64,000 nt of DNA from Utricularia gibba (Eukaryota > Plantae > Magnoliophyta): positions 2,480,001 through 2,544,000 of the forward strand of contig CM007990.1 of NCBI GenBank assembly GCA_002189035.1, given 5' to 3'. The notes under the pieces were generated by a model. The model saw only the letters and a list, made by a program, of their open reading frames with translations, was not told where the DNA came from and did not search any database. This document shows positions 49,334 to 62,742 of the stretch, piece after piece (the stretch's first letter is position 1; every line of letters starts with the position of its first letter). A program made the position numbers and the translations under genes.

Positions 49334-52300
49334 CCAAGTCTCATTGGCTTTCATTGAGAGAAGTCCTTTTTGTATGGGTTCTATCCATTCGGAGAGTAGC
49401 ATTGCTTTAACATAGTTTTCAGTTCTGAGAGAATTGATATGTTCCTATAGAAGTTGGAATTTCATCTTTCGAGGTGATTTTTTCTCACGTAAGCCTGTAT
49501 CAAAATTGAGTTCCATGATGAGCCTATAAGTCTCTTAGAGTGTGAGAGTATATGTTGAGAAGGTTGAGAGCCGACAATTCTATTGAGGTGTTGAATTATT
49601 AGTTGTTAGATGGTTTGAATTAGTTTCATCACGAATTTTTTATTCTACGTCATATGTAAAAAAAAGTTCCATCCTACTCCTGAAGTTCAGTGTTTTTAGG
49701 CTGAAGTTAAGGATTGTGTAATTAAGGAACCTGTTTTGCTAGTGTCATTGATGTTGCTTTTGTGCTTATCTATGGACTACCTCCAAGGAATGCTGCCCCA
49801 TTATCACTTGTCTCGTCACTCTTGAACATGTACTCTACATTTAAATGAGAAGAAAAGTCAAGGGAATATGGAAATACCGATTCATGAAGGATGACATTTC
49901 TAGAGATAAAGGTGCATCGTGTATAGAGATCATAAAGTTTATATCATTTGATTCCCATTAGTTATTTGATAAATATGCACCATTGAGCCCTCGGGTCTAT
50001 TTTTTGCAGCCTTGTTTGAGGGTTGAGGTGAAGTTGAAATGGCCAAACACTTTTATATTGTTGTATTTATGTTGCTTCTCTATTAGTTTTTCATACGAAG
50101 TGAGGAATTCCTGCATTTTCTTGGGTGTGTGATTGAGAAGATATGTTATTGTTAGAATGGCATGTCCCCAAAAGTGTGTTCTGCTTGGAATAATAGTGCT
50201 CGTGTGATGTTAATAAGGTACTGATTTCACATCTCCACTACATCGTTTTGTTCTACCGTTTCAACATAGTTATTTTGATGTAAAATTCCAAGGATTGTAA
50301 AGTCCACTAATGCATATTCTAGAGCATGATCTCTGTGCAGGATCATGACTCGTTTTCGGAATTGGGTTTTGATCATTTTTAGAATAGCAAAGATGATAGA
50401 TGGAGTTTTTGATTTGTCCACATAAGATAAGTTCAGGTAGCACACATTGCATCCTCCACAATGGTAACAAAAAATCTATATCCTCCTTGACTTCTTGTCT
50501 TATATGTTTCTCATGTATCTCTATGGATCAAGTCAAAAGCATTAGTGGATCCATCATGTGTAAGGAATGTCAATTTTCATTGTTTGACCCTTGGACATGT
50601 AGTACATATATGTCTATAAATGTTATGAATCGTAGGGTTCATCTTTAAAAAGTGTGCAATTACTAAATGGTTGAGGTGTCTCATTCGGTGATGTCATAAA
50701 TCAAAGGAGCATAAAGAATTGATAGAAAAAGTCAAACCAGATTTAGAAAAAGGCATAAGAGAATATGAGTCTTTCAAAACATGCATAAAGGAGTAGGAAG
50801 AATTTGAAGCATGTTGCTCAAGAATATATAATTTGTTCTTCATATTAGCTTTCTCAATCATTGTTGTTGGACATGACAAATCTTGCAAGATACACTCATT
50901 AGTGGTAAACAAGGGTAAAGTGTTACTTGAGATACTAATTGTGATACCGTTATGAATACAATGAAAGATGGTATGTATAGAACATTGTGTAAGGCGATGT
51001 GCTTGTTGAGTGTAACTTTTCCAATGTGTTGAATTTGGACTGTTTGCTTGTTTGGAAATCTCACACATGTTGTAATGGGAGTGTTAGATTCAAACAACTT
51101 GAGGTAGTACACCATGTGAATGGTTAAAAAAATGTGTCAAATACAAGAAATGGTAGTTTCTTGTATTTTGCAATAGCTCTAAATGTAAACTAATGTATTT
51201 CCAACAATACCATGCATAAATTGTAAAGAAAGCAAGGATAGTTTCCAACAAGGTTAGTATGATTTCATTTGTATTGATGGCTCCTATGTGACAAAGGTGA
51301 AAGAAAAACTGCATTTTGCAATACGAGTTTATATGAAGTGAAAGTTAAGAAAATTGAATCTTAGAAATGTAGAGCATTGATATCGGCATTTTAAAAGAGA
51401 ACCAAAACACATTTTCCATTGTAGAAGTCAAAAAAGGTTGGACTTTTTTTTAGTGTCGCAGCATGTATTTTAATGTATTCAAATCAAATATTATATTAGT
51501 CATTTCATGAACAATGTGGAAAGCTACAAGATTGAGATTGGAAGTAGACTTTTATCACTAGATGATTGAATTGAGGGATAACTCAACAAGGGCATATTTT
51601 GATGCTAAGTTGAAGTGTGAAATATTGTTAAATAATCATATTAAGTTAAAGAATCAATGCAAACTTCCACTCCTCAACATACTTAGTAGAGTGAAGGATG
51701 CATTTGCAGCTTGATTTACCCATAGATGAGATGAAAAACTTTAAGGACTAGTTGTGTGTAATATGTAAACTGATGAAAACCAAAATCGAGTAAAATATAA
51801 AACTTTGAAAACTAATTATCCCAATATATTAGACATTTGGGGATCAATTATACCTAGTATGCAAAACAATGGAGATTAATTGTGTAAGTGGAGATGAAAT
51901 ATGTTTTTTTAAAAAACATTAGTGATTTCTTGCATAATTTTCTCTTTTAGTAAATGAATTGCTTGTAATGTTCTATTCTGTGTTTGATTTTACAGCTTAC
52001 TAATAATTTGTTTCTATATTCATTTCATAATTACATACCCAATGCTTTAATCTAAGTAGTAGCTAGTGATACAAAATTAATTATCCCCCAGGTTTTTGGA
52101 ATGCCATGCCATGCCCTGTGCATATTGAATAAATTGGCAATGTATATTTTTCATATCTATTTCATTTGTAAAATACTTAAGTTTAGTATTATATTTGAAA
52201 TTTACTTATATTTATATTTATGCATTTGTAAAATATCTAAACTTCAAAAATAAATTAATTTTTAAACTTCATTTAATATTTTCAATTATTAGTTTTTTTT

Positions 52301-53037
52301 AATTTTAAACAATATTATATGATGAATTAAAAATTTTCATTAGAATTTATTTTTAATTATTACATTGAAGTTTAAATATATAATTAAAAAATATAATTAA
52401 CAGTATTTTGAAATAATATATATTTTTAAAGTGTTACATCAAATATTTATAACAAAAATTAGTTATATTTCAAACTTTAATAATCCTATTATTGTGTTTG
52501 AATAAAAATATAATGGTATGTTATTTTTTTATAATTCATATTTGACATATTTTTTATTACTATTCATTATATTTCTTTTATATTGAATAATTATTAAATA
52601 ATTTTACATTATATAATGTTAATTAATACTAAATTGATTTCATAAAAATAAAATTAAATGGATTAATGAAATATTTTATATTATAAATTTTTAAAAAATA
52701 CTTATGTTATGTATGTAAATGTTATTTGTATCATGTGGGTTCTAGGATTACATCATGCATAACATAAATATTTTTATTATTTATAAATATAAATATATAA
52801 GTTTTAGTATGTATAATGTGAATTAAATTAGTTAACTTACATTTTTTTTCAAAATTAAGATATTTTATTAATATATATATATATATATATATTGAGTTAA
52901 GATGTATCACAAATATTTTTACAAATTCCAGTATTTTATCAATGAGATAAATATATAGGGCCAATTTTCCTGGAATTGAAGTGCTTTCGGGGACATGCCC
53001 TAGAGTTGATGCGACTGCAATTAATTGTTACTGAGTA

Positions 53038-55099
53038 ATGTCTCCTGCTAAATCAAATGTTGCGATTGCATTCTCCGCCGTGTCGATGATGGCCTGCGCC
53101 ACCTCTTTCCTGCGGCCCGCCATTGCCTCCTCGAATCGCCGCCAATACCCCCGCCCTCAGAGCGCCCCGACAACCAGCCGTCGGAGAGAAAGTCCTTCAC
53201 CGTTTCCGCGGGGGAGCTCTTTCTGGGTATAGCGGCCCGGATGTTGGGAAAAGCGGCAAAAGTATAGTAAATCAGGAGACGCCTTCCGAGGTGGTGTGGG
53301 AACAAAGGGCTAGGGACATCGAGGCGGAACGGCGACGCGTAGTCGTGACGAGCCCTGGTTTCAGTTTCTCCGCAGCTGGGCTTTTGTTTCCCTATCATCT
53401 TGGGGTGGCGCAATTTCTTTTAGAGAAGGGATATATCAAGGTTCACCCTCTTTTGGTTTTCAATTCTCTTAATTCTTGAATAACATGATTTCCCTGGCGC
53501 TGCGACTCTGTTTCTTACCACCTCCTGGCCTTTGGTGTCAATGCTATGTAATTCATTCAGTGGCAAATCGTTGTTTGGAAGACATAGGAATGAATTTGTT
53601 GCGATGGATGATTTTTGTTGTTTGATTGAGTTTATAATGTTCAGAAAGTGGCGTTGCCTCATATTGAACATAGATGTTGGGAGTTTACTGGTTTATAATG
53701 GTGCAGTGAGTATGTGCAATTGACTTAGTCTGTTAAATTATGGACTTCCCTTTTACTATGTTTTCATGTATACTCTCGCAATATAGTTAGCAAACATATG
53801 GAATCATTGTATTACCGTCTTTCTTAACTTTTGGAATGCCAAAGCTTGTTGCATTCATGTTTGGTTTCTGCCCTTTCTGCATCGTGTGTCTAAGCATTAC
53901 TTAACTCTGTTCTTAGGATAGCACACCACTTGCCGGTTCATCTGCTGGTGCCATTGTTTGTGCAGTGATTGCATCTGGTGCAAGTATGCATGAAGCGCTA
54001 AGATTTACAAAGATATTGGCCCAAGACTGTAGGCTTCAAGGGACTGCATTTCGCCTTGGGGTATATCTCCTACCTGGCCAAGAAAATTTCTTTGAAACTG
54101 CTGATGCTCTTGATAAAGAATTAAGTCATTGAAGTTCCATTTTCTGTTGGTGCACTGTAAGAATATAGGGCAAATGGATTTAACGCGAAGCATCATTAGC
54201 TTGTTCATGTTGTTCACTTAGGCAGTGCTTCGAGAAGTTCTGGATGATTTTTTTCCTGAAGATATTCACATCAGGTCAAATGGGAGAGTTCGCGGTAGGT
54301 GCAGTTACGCTTCTTGGAATGCATTTTGGGTGAAAAAAAATTATTTAACGTGAACCTTCCTTCGTAAAGCTAAATTTAGAAAGAGTATCTCCTGCCTTTG
54401 TGGCAGTTGCTGTGACACAGGTTCTTTGGAGGCCGCGTGGCTTGCTCATCGACCAATTTGATTCGAAGGAAGATTTGATAAATGCAGTGTTCACGTCCTC
54501 ATTTATTCCGGGGTACAATACAAACATTTGTGCTGGGCAGTTACATACTCTCTGAGTTTGCATAAGATACTAAACTCATTGCAACTACAGTTATCTAGCT
54601 CCTAGGCCGGTTACACGTTTCCGGAACAAGATTTGTATCGATGGGGGTTAACACTGTTCATGCCTCCAACCTCTGCAGCAGAAACGGTCTCACTCTTATG
54701 CTAAATGATGTGGATTCTGTTGGATGATTAACATCCTAATATTCTTGGTTATCTCACTGGTTTGTAGGTACGAGTTTGTGCTTTTCCTGCAAGTCGTCTG
54801 GGGATGAAGCAAGTCGGATCAGCCCTGATTGCAACCCAGAGAATCGAGCCACAGTCCGCCAGGTGAACACACCACACACCACCCTTGATGATTTCATTTT
54901 TTTTCCCCCACTTCAACTCCCGACACAACATCCTTTCGCTGAGTTGCAGCTATTTAATTGGGCGCTTGAACCAGCGGCTGATGGTGTCCTTGATATGCTC
55001 TTCGAACTGGGGTATCTTGATGCAGCTGTCTGGGCGCGTGATAACCCGGTTGAAGAAGTTGGAGAAAATGAAGTGAATGAAAGCAGGCAAACGCAATAA
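53038..55099 (+). CDS. Patatin-like phospholipase (At1g33270-like); as written carries at least four 1-nt frameshifts. Exons ~53038-53440, 53917-54060, 54222-54294, 54407-54512, 54591-54686, 54768-54862, 54950-55099
   Basis: KSFTVSAGELFLGIA, VWEQR, SPGFSFSAAGLLFPYHLGV, nucleophile LAGSSAGA, FTSSFIPGY, IDGG(L)TLFMPP, ISPDCNP, LFNWALEP; GT-AG sites intact. Start codon uncertain (53038 or 53057). May be a pseudogene or an assembly-error-affected gene. Confidence 0.85.
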
Positions 55100-56329
55100 C
55101 GGCGGGTGTTAAACTGTGAAGCCGAGGCAGGCATTCGTACCGCTATCGCATACGGCGAAGATGTTTATCCACACATTAGAATTGCAATACCATTCGGTTT
55201 TCAGATTTTTTGTATGAATGGATGGGGTGTCAAGTATTTCCACAATTTAGTATAATTCTATCAAAACTCAAATTAAATGTTGAAGAACATACTAAGACGA
55301 TCACATGCGTAGAACTTACACAAATAAGGCTTCATCATAAATCTTCAGTCACAAGTACTTACACACACATATTTGACTCTAAACGACAAAATTTGATAAA
55401 ATACAAAATTAAAGGAATCCAAAACATCCTGAACTTGACTTTAAACCCTAAAACTGAGTCTATTCTCCTGACTTCTACCTCTTGTCTTTATATGATGATG
55501 GGAATTTGTCAGACTTTCTTAATGGGTTCATATCAAATCTTCTATCCGAATTTTCTAAAATAAGATATAAATCTTCTAGCACAAGATCCAAATCTTTCAA
55601 GATAAAATGTGAATCTTATCTTATCTGAGAATCTTTAATTGAGTCTTTCATTTGGATAGGCCAAATCTTTGACTTCATCTAGGTTAGCTCGAATTCCTCA
55701 AAATTATGTCAAAATTGTTCTAAAAAATCATAAAACACACTTCCCCTCTAAAAAGATCAAAATGGCATGAAAGATATAAAATTCATCTAAAAAGATAGGA
55801 AAATTAAAAGAAAAGACATGTAAAATTGACCTTGAGTGAGTCCTAAAAAGTACAAATATAAGTGACGCAAAATCATTTATCAACTCCCAAAAATCGATCA
55901 ACCAAGACTTCTCTATAAATAGGAGCTTAGATCCAAAGAATAGCATTTTGTATCCATTACATCTATTGTAAACCTTGTTTCTTCTCTTAGTGAAACCTAT
56001 TTCTCAATAAACTCCCTTAAATCCATAGTTTTCCATTATGGTAGTTTCCACATAAAGAACTCTGACTTCATTTTACCGACTTTCATATTAACAAAACCCT
56101 AATCCTATAAATTGATGATCTAGATCATCGAAAAATCCAATTTTTCCGCTTGTAAAATCAGATTATTGTCTATTACCGATTTTTAACCACAAGAATGAGA
56201 ATGCATAATGTCGTATGTTTCTATAATGTTATTGGGATCCCTTATTGCACACATATTTAAAATCCAAGTATCATATTCGGTGTTGTTACTTTTGAAGGTT
56301 TTTTTCACTTGAGAAGACTTAAATAATAA

Positions 56330-56640
56330 GATAGGTTGTACAAGGTTTCCTTGAGGTTGGATATGTTAGAGAAGTGAGATATTATGAAAAGAATGCTAAT
56401 CTTTTGTCACGTCAAAACTTGATGGAAAATGGAGAGTCTGCATCGATTTCACTAGCTTGAATAAAACATGCAAGTGGTATTGATATCCCATACGTGCATT
56501 GACACTAGTTAAGGGTGTCATCAAATTTCCCCCAACCAAAGAAAAATCACTTTCTACACAAGCGGTCATGTATATAAAATCATGGCATTTGGGTTTAAGA
56601 ATGCCAAGGACACTTAGCAACCAATGTATTGAGTTGAAAT
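56330..56640 (+). pseudogene. Tat/Ogre-type Ty3/gypsy RT remnant
   Basis: Degenerate VQGFLEVGYVREV.Y, DGKWRVCIDFTSLNKTC, YKIMAFG.KNA. Confidence 0.6.
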
Positions 56641-56806
56641 GTTTACTAATGGTGTATATTCACTTTTGATAATTAAGTTTCTTGTATCCATATTTTTATA
56701 TGATGAGAAAATATTCCTAAAAATATTGCCACTTTTTTTTTTGTACTCATACATATTTTGAATGATGTAAATAAATTTCAATAATTGATCAAAATTTTAA
56801 CACTAT

Positions 56807-59522
56807 TTGCGTTTCTTGGTCACATTTTTAAAAACACTCAATTTTCAGTCACAATTTTTCATAGGATTTCAATTGGAAGTCATGTGGTGCATCATGAATA
56901 ACCGCTCTCTGAACTTAAGTGCTATGATTGCTAAACAAATGACTAGAGACTATAGACACAGAAAAATTCAACACTTGAGTTTTGGCAATATCATGACGCA
57001 TCTTGCTCACACTTTATGTCCTGAAAAACTGTCTGAATTAGAGTTTTTCCATGTTGAAAATAAGACAGTGCATTTAGATGCATATTTCTTGAAAGTCGTT
57101 GGACTAATTAAAGTCCAAGGGAGTGGGTTTGTTTTTAGATCTTTGGCAGGTTTGTGTGGAAGCTCTACCCCTAGAGAAGGCAACTCAAATACCACTGCTC
57201 CTGCAACCTCCAAGCACAATAGCAAGGGATGCTATTGCCCAAAAATGATCAAAGATTTGAGTGAGAAAATGTCTGATTTAATTCGTGAAATGCAAGAGTT
57301 GAAACAGGGAGTGATTGACTCCTCCCTGAACAAGTAATTAGCTGCTGAACTTATTTTGTGTAGTTTTAATTTATTTTTATTTTTATTTTTCTTAGGATCC
57401 TGTTCGTGTATGTGTCTACTAGTCCATGCTAGAAGTAGTAGAAGGCTTGTGTTCGTTTTGTTTAACGTCATTAAACTGCTTTGAATGGCCATATGATTGA
57501 ACACTGCAACTATGAGATGATTTGGATATATGAGCTTTCTATGCCTTTTATATTCCCGGGAGCATGTTTTTACCTTCTATTTTATGAGAGCATGCACATG
57601 ATTAGAAGAACCTAGGGAGTGTGATCTAGATTAGCTTAAATTGAGTTGCTAGACTTCATAATCGTTGTGGGATTGGTTGCCAGCTTAAAAAAGAGGAAAA
57701 GCAGTGCAACACATAATAAAAAAGCATGTGCGGACTCAATAAGTAGTGAATGAGTGCAAAGGGATGGATTGATCCAGAGTAGGAGAAGGCCTGGAGATAT
57801 AAGGTATGAGTGCTTGGCAAACACTCTTTCACAGGAAAGGCCACGACATTATACCTGGATCAATCCAGAACAAGCTGCCCTTCACTATCAAAGAAAAAAA
57901 GAGAGAAAAAAAAGAGTTGCCAACCATAGTCCTAAGCGATTTTGAATAAATCAACTTAAGGAAGCAATCTTTGAAAACACTACCCAAAAGGAATCTATTC
58001 ATACACATTTGAGTGATAACATGACATGCACACCAGCATTCCTACACCTCATGCATCTGAATTTTATCAAAGTTGTTTATCAAGTCCTAGCTATTGCTCT
58101 TAGCTAGGACTTGAGGATAAGTCTTGTGTCGTTGTAACATAGTGTGATGACACACATTTTCCCTGAATTTTATAATACAAAATAGTTATATTTTATTGAG
58201 TGTTTAAGTTAAATGTGGTTTTTCATGTTTATGAGTGTTTAAGTTAATTTTGTGTGTTTATATTAAAAAGTGGACTAAATCCTTTGATTTAGTCTACCAC
58301 CTTTGTTATTAATGTTTGACTAAGTTCAGTAGGGAGATCAGTAGAAAAATCAGACTTATAAACGTGTGGAACAAGTGAAAAAGGGCGCAACATCTGAAGA
58401 GAGACAAAGAGCGCTGTTCTGCCGCTATCTGTAGTCTGCAAGTTCAGGGCGAGAATAGTGTTGGGGTCAAGAACAGTGCAATGGAGTGAATGAGGGGAGA
58501 TAATTTTCGAAAAGGGGAAACAGCGGGAACAACATACGCGACAAGAACAGAACGCATGCAAGGGGGCTTCTCCCCAACGCAAAAAATACCAACTAGAAGA
58601 GGAGAAAAATGGCTTCATCATCAAGAGCAGCACCAGAGCCCAGTCTAGCGCTATTGTTCCGGGCCGTGAACAGTAGCAATTGGGTGACAGAACAATCTTT
58701 ATTTCCTTTCCATATTCTGAACATTTCGAGTTTCTGTATCTGACTTGCTTACAATGTTCCTATTATTTTCGCCACATTATCTGAATGAAATCATGTTTTA
58801 CTTTCCAAGTATGAGTAGCTAAAGCCTTAGGGATGCCTTAATGTGAAGTATGGTGGTGTATGCTTAGGATTAATAATGAAATTTATGTTTTTTTCTTAGT
58901 TATTATTTCTATCAATCCATGGGTAGATCTAAGGAGGAGAACAAGTAGCTTCACAACATAGATGATTAATTTAGAGGTAGACCAGCAAATCAAGACAGGA
59001 GTAGTAGGTGTTAGTCCGGCATAGAACTAGTAGAATCGGGTAGACCTAGTTCTATATACTTTGCATGCGGGTAAACCTAATTATAATATTGGTGATGATA
59101 TGGGGACTAGCCTAGCCGAAAATATGATAAATGACCTAGGTAGACTTAGGTTATTTGAAATTGTGAGTATAGTAACATGTTAAATTAAATTAGGTATCTT
59201 AGCACCACACCACCCGTAGATCCTTAAGGTATTTTAGTATTATTCTGAGTTAGGATCAGTACTCGTTACCCTTAGCGTTGAGACACTCTTATTCACTGAA
59301 CTTGTTTACTACTGTTAGTTTGAGCCTAGACTAAGAACTACCATCACTTTGAATTATGCATCTATTGAAATACATGACAAGCACAAACTTCTTGTGATCA
59401 ACCTCGAAATTCACTATACAAGTTTTCTAAATTTGTATTTTGTGTAGATTAGGAATTATAAATTTATTTGATATGTAGATTTGCTTTATTTGTAACGACA
59501 TTGCTAAAATTTCTGCTTATCA
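56807..59522 (+). mobile_element. 3' part of Athila-like element D: ORF2-like remnant (56807-57337), 3' non-coding region, 3' LTR 58145-59522
   Basis: ORF with QLEVMWCIMNNRSLNLSAMIAKQM..LSFGNIMTHLA; hairpin motif at 58108-58123; LTR TGATGA...TTATCA homologous to 15718-16943. Confidence 0.75.
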
Positions 59523-59639
59523 ATTTATGTCCAAAATTTTCTCTGATCAACCTCCAAATCCTCCTTTAGAAGTTCAATGAACCATCTCCGATTAACAAGA
59601 TTTTCCTTCTCTATCACACCAAAAGCATAAAGAAAAATA

Positions 59640-59870
59640 AAGTTATTGGCATCGACCCCTAGAGTAGTGAGCAACTATCCACCAAACGGTCCTTTCAAGA
59701 AATAGCCATCAACTCCAATGAATTTATAATAACTTTTTTTTAAACTTCTTCTTAATGGCACCAAAACAAGTATACACCCATTGGAATCTCTTTTCTGCTA
59801 AACTTGTATCATTACTAGTCTTCAAAACAATAGTTGAGTTAGGATTTGCAACTCTTAACTCACCTCCTTG
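59640..59870 (-). pseudogene. MULE/MuDR transposase remnant
   Basis: ELRVANPNSTIVL..RFQWVYTCFGAIKK and IGVDGYFLKGPFGG*LLTTLGVDANN (one frameshift, one stop). Confidence 0.7.
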
Positions 59871-62742
59871 TGCAAAACAAAGTTGGTCATATCAATCTGA
59901 GTTAAACCTTCTGACACATGGTTATGCTTCACCATCCTCACTACTAAAACTTTCAAGGTCAATATCATCATTGACCATACAAACCTCTTTCTCTACCAAG
60001 AAATCTAAAATTTTTCCAGATTTAGATATTTGAGTAGTATGTTGAGTGTCATATGTCTACCTCACTGGATCCTCCCTACTTGTTGTTTCATGCAATTCAT
60101 CAAATAAATGAAACTCCTCACTCCAAAAATCACCATCAGAAACTACACAATCATCTTTTTGATCAATTTGTTGTTCTGTGTTTCCAATAAAATCATCTAA
60201 CTTATGGCCTCTCTACTCATTTTCATTCTAGTATGACAATAGACTTATTTGGTGATTGTAATCCCCTTTCGTCCATGGCATCTGACATATATATCTAATA
60301 ACTTCAAATTTGGTAATTGGTTTCTAAACTTAATATACTAGTACACAACTACATGATATTCAAAATTAAAAAATTTATCATGTGACCATTCTTTTTTCCC
60401 TCCTCCAATCATTCTTCCTAGTTAGATCTTCTTGATTTTCTATGTGTTGATGGCCTTTGTTGTAGTGGAATGTGGAAGTATAAGTTTTTTTTCCTCAATG
60501 GGTCTTCTTGCTTTATGGTTAATTACCATATCAATAACTCTATTTACTATCTCATATTAGAACAACAAATATGTGAAAGTAATTTCTCCAATGGAATCTA
60601 AAATATGAGTTTTTTTTGCTACCATATGAGTAAATATGTATGAAGTATTAGACATTGACCTTTTGTGTTGTTTTTTTTTATTATGACCTTACTTGTCGAT
60701 AAATAGTCAATCTGATTACCATTATCTTCTATAACATTTTGAGTTTCTAAATTAACTCCATGTGCTATAAGCTTAGAATATGACACCTGACACATGATAT
60801 AATATTTAAATATCAAATACAAGTTAACTATTACATAAGATAATATAAAAGGTGTAGAAAAATACCTTGTTCTTGATTATTATCTACTATAGTTTTATTG
60901 CTTCTTTCTTTTATAATAGTTAAATTTTGGTGTAACTCGAACAAATCTACCACATCATCAAACATGTGGCCTTATAGTAATATCCATAACAAAAAAAATT
61001 ATTTAATTGTAATAAACTACACAATCTAAATCATAACAACATAAATACAATAATAATGATAATACATAGTTTTAAATACTTCAAGATAGAGAAATGATTA
61101 ATATTATATTACAAAACTTGGATTTTATAAAAATCCATTAACTATTCAAGATTTATAGAAATTCAATCAATGTTTATTGGAAAACAAAGTAAAATTAGCG
61201 AATAAAATAATTTTAAAGAGTTCATTAAAAATAGATAAATATAATTATCAAAAAATATTTATAATGGTCCAATCGTTTGTAAACCTATCCTTACAATTAT
61301 TTCATACACCTTGAAAAAAAGGTGGTTAAAAAATACTTTGGATTTATGGATACTCATTTAGTCTATCAAAATTAAAGTTTATACACCTACAAAACGAGGC
61401 CGAATAAGAGTTCGGGTATTACCGACCGACCAAAGCATCGTCGTCTCGTCGATATCAGGAGGAAGCAACGAGGTCTCCGCCCATCCGGACGGCGCTTCCA
61501 TCGTCTTCTTCTTCGTCTCTTCTTTTTTATTTTTTGTAATTCTTCGACTTAACCGGCAATTTTATTTTTTTTCCTTTTTATTGAATATTATTTGGAACCT
61601 GAAACGCCATAAAACCTACAAATCCGGAAGCTTTTGTGTACAGAAAACACGGTTCAAGTGATTTTTTTTTATTTTTTTCTTTCGGAGCCTCTCCAGAGAA
61701 ATTTGAAAAATCCGCAATGCCGTGAATGATAGAGGTGCGGTGAAGGTGCTTGGGCTAGGTTGCTTACCTTCTAATTTGTGAATTGTTGGTGAAATAAAAA
61801 TTTTGTGCAATACGAAGGCGTGACTTTTGTTTTGTTTGTTTGCTTTTTTCTTTCTGCAGATTCTTCCAATTCAGCCGGAGTTAAAGCTTCGAAAAGGAGC
61901 TTTTTTTCTGGTCGTCATCAAAACTCCCTTAAAGACATACTAGTGTACATAAGCAGCGGTAAGTTGCTTTAAAGAATTAGCAAATACACTCGTAGTTTTG
62001 AGGTTATAGAGAGAGAGAATATAGGTTAGTCTAGGGGAATAAGGGTAAGTAGACTTAGAGATAGATGGGCTTCAGCATCTTGTGGATTGATGATGAGGCT
62101 TAGATACCGTATGCTCCTTTTTTTATGGCACACCTAACACTTCAGGAGTGTACAGAGAAGCTAAGGTGTGAAGGAGAATCTAGTATTAATGTTCCTGTAA
62201 GCAATATCAAATTTTGGAACATGAATCATCGATTAATGTTTTTGGTAGGAGGAAAACACGCCCAAGTAAGTGACTGTAGCAAAAGAAGGGGAAGGAATGA
62301 AAGAAAATAAGGTATAATTTTTCCTGAAACAAGCAAATCATTTACTGTTGTTGGTTTGAGGTTTAAAGAATAATGTTATGTCCCATTTTCGTCTATATTC
62401 AACTGGATCTTATGGATTTTGAGATGATGAAGAGCAATGAGTGTTATGGCTGTTTTTCTAACACTTTACAAAACTAATTTTAAACGTATGAACAGGTTTT
62501 ATTCATGTTTCATGACGTTTCTGTTGTCAGCATAATCTTGAGTCAAAGTTTTCATGAATGTCAACCATCTCCAGTTGGCCTTCAAAAGAATTTTGTTTTA
62601 TGAAATTTGTGCGTTAAATGATTATGTTTCAAGCACAAGTCTTGAGAAGTGCCCTTAAGTAAACATATTTACAATCTTATGCGGTTTGGTTGTGAAAATT
62701 ATCAGCACCGAACTGCTGAAATCGAGCTGTAGACTGGTGATA

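Larger units (their letters stand above)
39860..51150 (-). mobile_element. Old Ty1/copia element in three pieces (49334-51150 protease/integrase; 42224-42636 RT N-part; 39860-40321 RT C-part), split by two later insertions
   Basis: Minus-strand order: VRFPN..IGKVTL..LHNVLYIP; IKTQF.K.V..LH.D.ALEY..GILHQ...EQNDVVE; KARLVARG..YEETFSLVAK..KSLYGLKQ; FIALLVYIDDI..KDLG; LIYLSLTR..LKYLKG. This is the canonical copia PR-IN-RT order. Confidence 0.8.

Noticed and set aside
55560-56160. TATAAATAGG-containing LTR-like stretch after the phospholipase
   Set aside because: No partner repeat, TG...CA ends or PBS could be located, so boundaries cannot be supported.
15718-59522. One giant 44-kb LTR element that captured host genes
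   Set aside because: No TSD (GTTTG vs ATTTA), the LTRs differ by many substitutions and indels, and the enclosed genes retain normal introns. Kept only as a recombination-substrate finding.
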